Origin: Trichormus sp. ATA11-4-KO1
Lineage (GTDB): Bacteria > Cyanobacteriota > Cyanobacteriia > Cyanobacteriales > Nostocaceae
NCBI GenBank assembly: GCA_019358915.1
Contig: JAHHIM010000033.1
Span: forward strand, 1 to 50,380
DNA: 50,380 nt
Direction: 5' to 3'
The notes under the pieces are model-generated. The model was not told the origin of the DNA. It searched no databases and saw nothing but the letters and a program-made list of their open reading frames with translations. The first letter of the stretch is position 1. Each line of letters opens with the position of its first letter. The position numbers and the translations under genes are program-made. This document shows, in pieces, positions 10,084 to 19,800 of this stretch.

Positions 10084-12639
10084 TCAGGCGATCGTCAGAT
10101 TAACTTGGACAATCATATCATTGTAGTCTCTATCACCACCACCTGCTTGATCTTCAAAGCCAAAGACGTTATTGCCTAAAAGACGAATGTGATTCACTCC
10201 GCCAGAGTTAGCACCTAAGTAAGGGAAAAATACTGGCAGATTCTCAGAACTACTATTTAAAACAGCCTCTACAGTAGTATTAGCAATAATAAATGGTGCA
10301 AAGATCGAGCCAGTTTTAAACACTCCATTGAAATTCGCTTTACCTTGATTATTCACCTTTAAATCAATGCCTTCTACACGAGTGCTAATGGCTGCTTTAA
10401 TATAACCAGCTTCGCCTGGACGTACATCCACAATTCCATCACCGTTAATATCAATGCCACCATCCTCATCAGCAACCAAATAGAAGCCTACAAAGTTATT
10501 GAAAGCAGCTTCTCGATTGACGATAAACTCAGCATTCACCTGAGTTGTCACCTGCCGCAAATCAATGACTTCGCCTTGGTGTTTACCTTGTAATCCAATA
10601 CCCAAAGGTATGGCTTGATTAGTTTCCTTAATGTTCAATACCAAATCACTGCCATCACTAGACGCACCTTTCCAAGTCAGAGAGAAGCTTTCATCAACTA
10701 AGCTTTCTACTGTAACGTTGGTTTGTGAGGAAAAGACTACCTGAGAAAATGAGGTTTGCCTTGTTAGTACAGCGTTAGTAGTACTATTACGTACCATGTA
10801 GAATCTCAATTGAGCATCTGAGTCAAATTCCAGCAAGTTTGACAAATCAGCAGGATCAAAACCTTGAGGAGCATTGGCAATAGCAGATAAAACTACCTTA
10901 GCTCTTTTCAGTGCTACTTCTGCATAACCTGCTGCACCAGGAGCAATACCCTCAATCGTACCTTGGGCATCGTCAACGACGAATACACCTATTTCATTGA
11001 CTACTTTAGATTGCCCACCTTTAATTTTGATGGAAATTTTTGCTTTATTACCTTTAATCTTACTTTTAACGTTAAAGATATTCTCCGTAATATTGACTAA
11101 CTGAACAATCGTTGTCGCCTGGGTAATAGACTCACTAAAGCTGTTAACATTGACAGCCAACTCCTTTTCTAAAAAGAGTCCACCTTGGTCAGTCGTGCGG
11201 ACGCGGATGTTATGAGTAGATTTAGTCAGGGAAGATTTTATCTTAAGGCTATTCCCCTCGATGACGAATACGTCATTATCAGTATCACCAGTACCAGCCA
11301 CTAAACTATAAGTGTGCGTGTCGTTTTTGTCTGAGTCAGTGGTGCTGAAGATACCGATGGCTTTTTCGTTATCATCATCATCATCGTCATCACCATCACC
11401 GTTGCCATCATCATCGTCATCGTCATCGCTGATAGCGCTAAATATTAAATCTGTAGGTGCAGAGTTACGCAACAGCAATGAGATATTACCAGCATCAGAG
11501 TTCAGCACCACCAACTCAGATTTGCCATCATGGTTGAAGTCTGCGACAACCACAGAAGTGGGATTTGTGCCAACTGCGAAATCAGTGGCAGTGCCAAAGC
11601 CACCACTACCATCATTCAATAACACCGAGACATTGTGGGAATCAGAGTTAGTCGCTACCAAGTCAAGTTTGCCATCATGGTTGAGGTCGGCTATGACTAA
11701 AGAAGTGGGATTGGTGCCAACTGCGAAATCAGTGGCAGCGCCAAAGCCACCACTACCATCATTCAATAACACCGAGACATTATTCGACGCAGAATTCACC
11801 ACTGCTAAGTCAAGTTTGCCATCACGATTGAGGTCAGCCATGACTAAAGAAGTGGGATTGGTGCCGACGGCGAAATCAGTGGCAGCGCCAAAGCCACCAC
11901 TACCATCATTCAATAACACCGAGACATTATTCGACGCAGAATTCACCACTGCTAAGTCAAGTTTGCCATCACGATTGAGGTCGGCCATGACTAAAGAAGT
12001 GGGATTGGTGCCGACGGCGAAATCAGTGGCAGCGCCAAAGCCACCACTGCCATCATTCAACAACACCGAGACATTATTCGACGCAGAATTCACTACTGCT
12101 AAGTCAAGTTTGCCATCTCCATCAAAGTCTTCTACTTTGACGAAGGCAGGAGATGTGCCGACGGCGAAATCAGTGGCAGCGCCAAAGCCACCACTGCCAT
12201 CATTCAACAACACCGAGACATTATTCGACGCAGAATTCACCACTGCTAAGTCAAGTTTGCCATCTCCATCAAAGTCTTCTACTTTGACGAAGGCAGGAGA
12301 TGTGCCGACGGCGAAATCAGTGGCAGTACCAAAGCCACCACTACCATCATTCAATAACACCGAGACATTATTCGACGCAGAATTCACCACTGCTAAGTCA
12401 AGTTTGCCATCTCCATCAAAGTCTTCTACTTTGACGAAGGAGGGATTGGTGCCAACTGTGAAGTTAGTCGCAGTACCAAACCCGTCATTCCCATCGTTTA
12501 ATAGTACTGAGACATCGTTGGAATCAGAATTCACTACCACCAAATCAAGTTTGCCATCACCGTCGAAGTCTTCTACTTTGACAAAGGAGGGAGATGTGCC
12601 GACTGTAAAATTCTTAGCACTCGTAAATGATAAGCTCAT
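10084..12639 (-). CDS. Secreted FG-GAP/VCBS-repeat protein with cadherin-like domain, poly-Asp tract and C-terminal DUF4114-type module
   Basis: Eight 49-aa repeats with D(F/L)(D/N)xDGKLDL; NSAPTD...IG.FSTTD.D....TYSLV...IRVRTTDQGG cadherin signature; ends FGFEDQAGGGDRDYNDMIVQV; no signal peptide. Confidence 0.85.
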   Translation of the reverse strand: MSLSFTSAKNFTVGTSPSFVKVEDFDGDGKLDLVVVNSDSNDVSVLLNDGNDGFGTATNFTVGTNPSFVKVEDFDGDGKLDLAVVNSASNNVSVLLNDGSGGFGTATDFAVGTSPAFVKVEDFDGDGKLDLAVVNSASNNVSVLLNDGSGGFGAATDFAVGTSPAFVKVEDFDGDGKLDLAVVNSASNNVSVLLNDGSGGFGAATDFAVGTNPTSLVMADLNRDGKLDLAVVNSASNNVSVLLNDGSGGFGAATDFAVGTNPTSLVMADLNRDGKLDLAVVNSASNNVSVLLNDGSGGFGAATDFAVGTNPTSLVIADLNHDGKLDLVATNSDSHNVSVLLNDGSGGFGTATDFAVGTNPTSVVVADFNHDGKSELVVLNSDAGNISLLLRNSAPTDLIFSAISDDDDDDDGNGDGDDDDDDDNEKAIGIFSTTDSDKNDTHTYSLVAGTGDTDNDVFVIEGNSLKIKSSLTKSTHNIRVRTTDQGGLFLEKELAVNVNSFSESITQATTIVQLVNITENIFNVKSKIKGNKAKISIKIKGGQSKVVNEIGVFVVDDAQGTIEGIAPGAAGYAEVALKRAKVVLSAIANAPQGFDPADLSNLLEFDSDAQLRFYMVRNSTTNAVLTRQTSFSQVVFSSQTNVTVESLVDESFSLTWKGASSDGSDLVLNIKETNQAIPLGIGLQGKHQGEVIDLRQVTTQVNAEFIVNREAAFNNFVGFYLVADEDGGIDINGDGIVDVRPGEAGYIKAAISTRVEGIDLKVNNQGKANFNGVFKTGSIFAPFIIANTTVEAVLNSSSENLPVFFPYLGANSGGVNHIRLLGNNVFGFEDQAGGGDRDYNDMIVQVNLTIA
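11465..12612 (-). repeat. Intragenic tandem array of eight 147-bp units (FG-GAP repeats)
   Basis: Recurring caccgagacattattcgacgcagaattcac at 147-bp period; central units nearly identical in DNA. Confidence 0.9.
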
Positions 12640-13146
12640 GATTATTTGTATGGATGTATTGGCTTCCTCACCTCAGTTTCTGGTTAGAGAGCAGAGGAGT
12701 GTACCATACAGCTTATTGTGTAAATAACTTAACAACCACAGTTGATTCACTTAAAAGATTTCACTGGGATTAGGCGATACTCAAACATTGAGGTTAGGCC
12801 CCCACCGAGGACTCGCGGCGTAACGACACTTTGGCGAAGCATAGAGCCAAAACCAAATATTAAATTGTTTTGTCTTGCTTCGTCTCGTGCTGAAATTGTT
12901 GGCAATTGCACACGATAGACTATATTCAACCAGCAACATGACACGATACTGTCACAGGAAGGTGCTGGTGCGATCGCGTAGCGGTTTCTCCGGAATAACG
13001 CCAAAAACTTTGCCACTGCCTCAAGCCGCAATGTTGTAAAATAGACGAAAACTCAACCCTAACTCTGTACGTACTCATAATGTGCGGCGCAACTGCCAAC
13101 ATGGGCTACGTCCCGCCGCCTGTTACCCATTGCCCCAGATTGTAGT

Positions 13147-13620
13147 CTAGTCTGCGTTCAAAACTTTGCGGAACACGACCTTATCATCGCCCGCCGCGTA
13201 GAAGTCGCGGATGCGTGCCTCCTCCTCATAGCCGCACTTCGCGTAGAATGCCCGCGTGCGCTCTAAGCCCGGCAGACCGGACGTTTCCACCAGCAGCATG
13301 CGCCCACCGCGCACCTTCAACGTTTGTTCAACGTAGCGCAGTAGTGTCGCACCGCGTCCTTGTCCCTGGCGGTCAGGTCGGATGGCGATCAATTGCAGGT
13401 TCCATGTCTGATTGGTCATCGGTTCTGGCTCGCAGTAGGCGACCCCCACTGGACCATCATCGTCGTCTGTGATCCAGAAGTGATCGCTGTTGCTGTTACC
13501 GCCGAAGTAATCGACCAGCATTTCGCTGAGCTCCTTGAGTTGGTTCGGCTGGAACAGGCCGATCTCATCGGCTATGGCGATTAGCGCGGTCGTATCGTCG
13601 GGCATAGTCGGTCGAATCAT
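13147..13620 (-). CDS. GNAT-family N-acetyltransferase, GC-rich
   Basis: IAIRPDRQGQGRG acetyl-CoA motif A; R.FY.K.GY motif B; line 13201-13260 is 39/60 G+C against AT-rich flanks. Confidence 0.9.
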   Translation of the reverse strand: MIRPTMPDDTTALIAIADEIGLFQPNQLKELSEMLVDYFGGNSNSDHFWITDDDDGPVGVAYCEPEPMTNQTWNLQLIAIRPDRQGQGRGATLLRYVEQTLKVRGGRMLLVETSGLPGLERTRAFYAKCGYEEEARIRDFYAAGDDKVVFRKVLNAD

Positions 13621-13811
13621 GGTGAACTCCAGTGTATTAAGATCAGTAGACTGTGGTGCATTGCATTGAAAGACTTAAAAGTTAACCACAGTGGAACTTC
13701 AATCAACGATTTAGGCTCTTCCCAAATAAAAGACACTTTTAGATAAAGCTGCTGAATCACAGGCAATAGCAACAAGGATCTGTAAACTATGCCATGGTAC
13801 TACAAAATACT

Positions 13812-13883
13812 ACAAACGCCGCAGATAACTTTTGCAACTCAACCAACCATATTGCGGCGTTCCGGTGCAGCGACTTGTTAGGT
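13812..13883 (-). other. Truncated attC-like (integron cassette) site
   Basis: Minus strand reads ACCTAACaagtcgctgcaccgg-aacgccgca...tgcggcgtt: RYYYAAC box, left arm and inner stem, but no right arm or GTTRRRY. Confidence 0.4.
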
Positions 13884-14251
13884 GGTGACCATTCGTAAAA
13901 AATTAAGATAAAACACATTTTGTCAATCAGTTAAAATACTCAAAATAGTTGCAATAAGAATGATAATCACCTGCTCCTTCTCAGCAAAAAACCCCGGCGT
14001 TAAGTACCGAGGTTGATAGGAGAAGTTCAAACGAAGATGAGAAATAAGGAATATGTAGAAATCAGTAATTTTGTGAAGATTTGTCCGCATACTTTATATT
14101 TTTTCTTTCTAACGGTACAAGACAAATGAATAAAAATGGTGCAATTTAAGGATAGAGCAATCTAAATATAGATGCTGGCAACCGCCTTGTTACTCTCAAG
14201 CCCATCCTCTCTAGCTTTGAATTTAATGTTTAAAACAGGAAATAAACTACT

Positions 14252-14485
14252 ATGACACAGCAAAATGCTGCCCAACTTTTAAAATCTGTTAAAGAAGATC
14301 AAGCATTACAATCAAGACTCAAAGCAACCGATAATCCAGAAACTTTCATCAAGATTGCTAAAGAGTCTGGCTATGACTTTACAATCGAGGAACTGGAAGA
14401 TGAAATCAGCAAACTATCGAACGAAGAGATAGCAGCTATTTTTAATCCAGGATGGGGAACTAGACGACACATTCATCCTAGATAA
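14252..14485 (+). CDS. Nif11-like leader peptide family protein, 77 aa
   Basis: VKEDQALQSRLKA...F..IAKESGYDFT.EEL...LS.EE..A Nif11 leader pattern; SD-like acagga upstream. Confidence 0.85.
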   Translation: MTQQNAAQLLKSVKEDQALQSRLKATDNPETFIKIAKESGYDFTIEELEDEISKLSNEEIAAIFNPGWGTRRHIHPR

Positions 14486-15026
14486 TTTTTAAATTAGGAG
14501 ATTGAAAGTATAGAAAATAGAGCGGTGCAGGATAGACAGATGAATTAGTGTGACCATTACTACTATGGAATGTCCAAGATATGCATCAACTCATATTCGC
14601 AACAAACGTGTGTGATCGTTGAGAAATCACTAATTTTATTATTTTGCATCTTCCATTCTAGTTTTGCGATCGCCACTGAATCATCGGTTTGTAAAATGTA
14701 ACACTCATATTCAAGTGTGATTCTATCTCTTCACTTATCGATGCTGGACAAGTTACCCGATATCAAAAGTCTGAATTTCCTTGTTTTTCTGTGGTTTACT
14801 CATGGCTATTCTCAACACCCTTGTGTTGAGTTTAACTATTGAGCCTTCACCACTTGACAAGTTTCTCTTTTTCTTAACTTGACACCAATGGCCGGACTCT
14901 GTGAACGCCTTCCCTCAAGACTTCCGTGCCCTTTAGCATCTGAGTATAGCACATAACAATATTTTAGAAGCCAGTGCGTGACATCTAGGCATTACTCTGG
15001 CTGTAAAAAATTGCTGGGAAATTAAT

Positions 15027-15515
15027 TTAAGCAGGAATGATTTGAGCAACTAGTGAACGTTTATCTAATGATTGAATTTTACCTACTTGGCTTAAGGCAG
15101 TTGCAACCTGTTCTAACAATTCTCCGGCCTGTTCGCGATATTGATTTTCTCGACCTCGTAACCGAATGGCAAACTTGACTGAATCACCCTTACTCAACCA
15201 CCCAACAGCTTGCTCGATACGTAGGTTGTAATCAGCTACACCAATATTGGGACGCAGCCGAACTTCCTTTACCGTAGGTCTAGCACTCTGTCCCTGACGC
15301 TTTTTCTTTTGATACTGAAGCTTACCATAGTTGAGAATCTTCGCTATTGGAGCGTCTTTGCCTTCAGAGACTACAACTAAGTCAAGCTCTAAGCTCTCGG
15401 CTAACTGTAGAGCTTCATCAGTATCTATCAAACCACGATTACTATTTTCGTGATCAATCAAGAAAACTTGGGGTGACTTGATTTGTGAGTTAATTAGTTG
15501 CTTTTGGATTACGAT
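15027..15515 (-). CDS. infC: Translation initiation factor IF-3, probable non-canonical ATC start, 162 aa
   Basis: AL.LA..L.LDLV.VS...P.AKI.NYGK..Y, VKEVRLRPNI...DY, GD.VK..IRLRGRE; the frame extends 18 codons upstream of the TTG to ATC(15515), giving LINSQIKSPQVFLID, with GAGG 8 nt upstream. Confidence 0.9.
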   Translation of the reverse strand: MVIQKQLINSQIKSPQVFLIDHENSNRGLIDTDEALQLAESLELDLVVVSEGKDAPIAKILNYGKLQYQKKKRQGQSARPTVKEVRLRPNIGVADYNLRIEQAVGWLSKGDSVKFAIRLRGRENQYREQAGELLEQVATALSQVGKIQSLDKRSLVAQIIPA

Positions 15516-15681
15516 AAGGTTTTCCTCTCAATTGTTCAATACTTGGTGGGTTCATGTTAAGTAATGTTTTGCTTAACACAATGCTCTTGTCAATATATTA
15601 TAACATAATTCGTTGTTTATCCCTATTCGCAAAAACCGTCTTCTGATATTCGGCTGTTCTGTACCTGTAATAATTTGTTGT

Positions 15682-15711
15682 TTTAACCTTCTGCTAGCTG
15701 TTTCTTAATCT
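15682..15711 (+). promoter_or_regulatory. Candidate SphR/PhoB Pho box
   Basis: TTTAACCT(15682)-N3-gctagctg-N3-CTTAATCT(15704): 11-bp periodic repeats resembling CTTAACCT upstream of phosphoesterase genes; middle repeat weak. Confidence 0.55.
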
Positions 15712-15856
15712 AACTGGGATATTTTGGGAGCACCATAACCGAATTAATACTGATTAATAAGGTATGTAACCATTTTCTGGTACATACCTGGATCTATCAT
15801 GCGCTCCGGCTGCTAAGTGCATCTATGCAGTTGCAGTCATTTTACTTCCCAGAAAA

Positions 15857-16737
15857 ATGACATTTACACTCCAAATTCTTCACGCTTCCGATTTTGAAGG
15901 CGGCATCGATGCTGCGGGGACTACTCCTCAAACCTCTGATGCTGTGCGTTTTTCGGCAGTTCTCAATCGCCTACGGACGAATACAGATACAACAACTTTT
16001 GGGGTCACAGATAATGTATTAGCAAATACTTTAACCCTGTCTTCTGGGGATAACTTTATTCCTGGAGTATTTTTAAATGCCTCTAGCGATACCAGTCTCA
16101 ATGGTGTAGGAGGTTTAGGAGGTTCTTCAGCCCCAGTGATTGGACGTGGTGATATTGGTATTATGAATGCCCTGGGGATTCAGGCTTCTGTTTTGGGAAA
16201 CCATGAATTTGACCTGGGTGTCAGACAAGTCCGAGATATTCTCCGCGCGGGTGGTGGAAATCCGGAAACCAATTTTCCTTACTTAAGTGCCAACATAGAC
16301 TGTACTCCAGAGATAGCCAGCTCCACAAATCCTGATGGGGGCTTGGGAACTCAAGATTTAGCAGCAAATCAAGATACAGCAGAAGCCAGCACTATTCCCA
16401 GACAAATTGCCAGAAGTACAGTCATTACATTGCCTGGTAATGATGGGATTTTGGATACTGACGATGACCAAGTAATTGGCATTGTGGGAGCTACCACACC
16501 TTTATTAGAGGAAACATATTTGCTCCCTTCATTATTAGCAACGGTACCGTAGAGCAAGTTCTCAACGGTCAAACCAGTGAAGTTTACTTCCCTTACCTAG
16601 GAGCAAATCCTGGTGGGGTTGATCATATTCGCTTACTAGGTGACAACACCTTTGGTTTTGAAGACCTCCCCGGTGGTGGTGACTTAGATTACAACGACGT
16701 AATTGTTCGCGTTGACTTGAGCGTTCCCGGAATTTAG
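15857..16737 (+). pseudogene. Internally deleted 5'-nucleotidase/metallophosphoesterase (cyanobacterial PhoA-like) with out-of-frame DUF4114-type tail
   Basis: LQILHASDFEG, LSSGDNF, LGNHEFD, FPYLSAN, IGIVGATTP; at ~16510 it jumps into another frame, GNIFAPFIISNG...FGFEDLPGGGDLDYNDVIVRV..., stop at 16735-16737. Confidence 0.85.
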
Positions 16738-16805
16738 GGATTTTTCAGCCGGGGAAGTCCCCCGAAATTAGCATTTTCTACCTTTCTAAATACTCATAAA
16801 ACTTT

Positions 16806-19800
16806 ATGGCGACAACTTTACCACCAGGGGTAATTTCCCTGAACAATCTCTACCTCCAAGACTTCAACAGTCTAATTAGTTCCGGTACCGGCCAACCTTG
16901 GGAAGATACCGTAACTATCCCCGGTTGGTACGCTACTCGTACGACAATCAGTGCAGGTACCGGCAGTAATAACACTGGTAGTCTCTACAGTTTTGGCGCA
17001 ACAGGAGACAGTGATAGAGCCTTGGGTTCAGTCGCCTCCAATGCAACTGGGACAATTTTCTACGGAGCGCGCTTCTTTAACGATACCGATGCTACCATCT
17101 CGGCTCTTTCGGTAAATTACATCGGCGAACAATGGCGTAACGGCGGTAACACCACCCCACATAAACTAGACTTTGCCTACCAAATTGGTGCCACTGACTT
17201 AACATCTGGTACATGGATTGACGTTAATTCTCTGGACTTCACAGGCCCCATCGCCACCAGTTCATCTGGGGCTTTAGATGGCAATGCGGGGACTAACCAA
17301 GTTAGCCTGGCAGATACCATTACAGACTTCTCTTTAGCACCAGGAGAAGAAATATGGTTGCGTTGGGAAGATGTCAACAATGCTGGAACAGACCACGGAT
17401 TAGCAATTGATGATTTACAGGTTTCAGTACCAGCAATAACAACCTTACCTCCGGGTGTTATTTCCCTAAGTAATCCATACTTCCAAGACTTCAACAGTCT
17501 AATTAGTTCCGGTACTGGTCAACCTTGGGAAGATACCGTCACTATTCCTGGTTGGTACGCTACTCGTACGACAATTAATGCTGGGACTGGCAGTAGTAAC
17601 ACTGGCAGTCTCTACAGTTTTGGCGCAACAGGAGACAGTGATAGAGCCTTGGGTTCAGTTGCCTCCAACACAACTGGGACAATTTTCTATGGGGCGCGCT
17701 TCTTTAACGATACCAACGCCGTAATTACCACTCTGGGAGTGAATTACATCGGCGAACAATGGCGCAATGGTGGCAATACAACTCAGCATCAACTAGACTT
17801 TGCTTATCAAATTGGTGCCACTGACTTAACATCTGGTACTTGGGTTGATTTTGATTCCCTAGACTTCACAGGCCCCATCGCCACCAGTTCATCCGGTGCT
17901 TTAGATGGCAATGCTAATACTAACAGAGTAAGTATTTTTGACACCCTAACAGGGTTATCCTTAGCACCAGGAGAAGAAATATGGTTGCGTTGGGAAGATG
18001 TCAACAATGCTGGAACAGACCATGGATTAGCAATTGATGATTTACAGATTTCCACCACTGCATTACCTGGAATCACCTTAATTGAATCTGCTGGTAGTAC
18101 CAACGTTACAGAGGCAGGTGACACAGACACTTACACCTTAGTTCTGAATACACAACCCACAGCCGACGTCTCCATCAATGTTTCTCCCGACGACCAAAGT
18201 ACGACTACACCAACCACAGTCGTCTTCACACCAGATAATTGGGATGTACCGCAAACAGTCACAGTGATTGCCGTTGATGATGATCTAGTTGAAGGTACAC
18301 ATTCTAGTACCATTAGTCATACAGTTACCAGCCAAGACGTTGATTATAATGGGCAGAACATCCCCAGCATCATTGCCACCATTACAGATAACGACCTAGT
18401 TACCACAATTACCAGAATTCATGAAATTCAAGGTAGTGGAGCGATCGCTAATTTCCTGGATAGTTTCAGAACCATTGAAGGTATCGTTGTTGGTGACTTC
18501 CAAGCCGCTAACGGTGTCCAAAATCTGCGTGGCTTCTACGTCCAAGAAGAAGACGCCGATGCAGATGCTAACGCTTTAACTTCAGAAGGAATTTTTGTCT
18601 TTGATGACAACTTCGGAGTAGATGTCAACGTTGGTGACAAGGTACAAATTACCGGTGAAGTCAGCGAATTTGGTAGTACAGGTAGCAGCCTGACTCAACT
18701 GCGAAACCTCACCGATGTGACTATAGTCAGCGAGAATAATCCCTTACCCACAGCCACAGTTCTCACTTTCCCCTTGGTAGATATTAATGACCTGGAAACC
18801 GTTGAGGGAATGCGGATCACTGTTCCTCAAACACTAACAGTAACTGAACATTTCCAATTAGGGCGATTTGGACAAATTGTTTTATCTTCTGAGGGTGACA
18901 CCAACCAATCAGAAACCGACGACAGATTAGAACAATTCACTCAATTCAACGCGCCTAGTATCAGTGGTAACACCGCTTATCAACAAGAAGTTGCCCTACG
19001 CCGAATTTTCTTAGACGATGGCCAAGGCATTCAAAACCCCGACCCCATCATTCATGGTCGCAACGGTCAACCTTTAAGCGCCGAAAATACACTGCGGGGT
19101 GGTGACACAGTTATCGGATTATCAGGCATTTTGGATGCCCGTTTCGGCGACTATCGCATCCAACCCGTAGAATCCATAGACTTTTTACCCACAAATCCCC
19201 GTCCAGAAACAGCGCCCGATGTCGGTGGTACACTCAAAGTTGCCAGTTTTAACGTCCTCAACTACTTTAACGGCGATGGTCTCGGCGGTGGCTTCCCCAC
19301 CCCCAGAGGTGCTGAAAGTTCATTTGAATTCAATCGACAACGCGACAAAATTATTCAAGCCATCCTGGGTATGGATGCAGATGTTGTCGGATTAATCGAG
19401 TTAGAAAACGATGGCTATGGGCCTAATAGTGCCATTCAAGATTTAGTCAACGGCTTAAATGATGTTGCTGGCCCTGGAACCTATGCCATCATCGACCCCG
19501 GTTTGCCTCAATTAGGTACTGATGCGATCGCCGTCGGCTTTATTTACAGACCCGGTAATGTTACCCCTGTGGGAATAGCAGCCACAGTCCCCGACGGTTT
19601 TGGTCAAGGGGCATTTGACGACGATAACCGTAAACCTTTAGCCCAGACTTTCCAAGAAAACTCCAGCGGTGAACAATTTACCGCAGTGGTTAATCACTTC
19701 AAGTCCAAGGGTTCCAGCTCTGGTAATGAAGGTGACGAGGATATTGGCGATGGTCAAGGTTTATCTAATGGTACCCGGACTCGCGCTTCCCAAGATTTAG

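Noticed and set aside
11465..12612. Regular repeats that could suggest a CRISPR array
   Set aside because: The 147-bp units are contiguous and coding, with no unique spacers and no cas genes.
11312..12727. 471-aa plus-strand ORF
   Set aside because: Antisense shadow of the FG-GAP repeat gene; its periodicity and Ser/Pro bias come from the opposite strand.
12747..13031. 94-aa minus-strand ORF
   Set aside because: No recognisable motif or SD; overlaps a probable promoter and leader region.
14252..14485. Nif11 peptide as substrate of the nearby C39-type ABC transporter
   Set aside because: The peptide lacks the GG cleavage motif and the transporter appears to lack the catalytic Cys/His.
14540..14950. 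Minus-strand -10-like TATACT, GC-rich leader with ACGGAAGT..GAAGG and a short ORF MSKPQKNKEIQTFDIG; considered as a glnA glutamine riboswitch
   Set aside because: The closing CGTT/AACG helix is not in the right arrangement, and the downstream frames are broken and unidentifiable.
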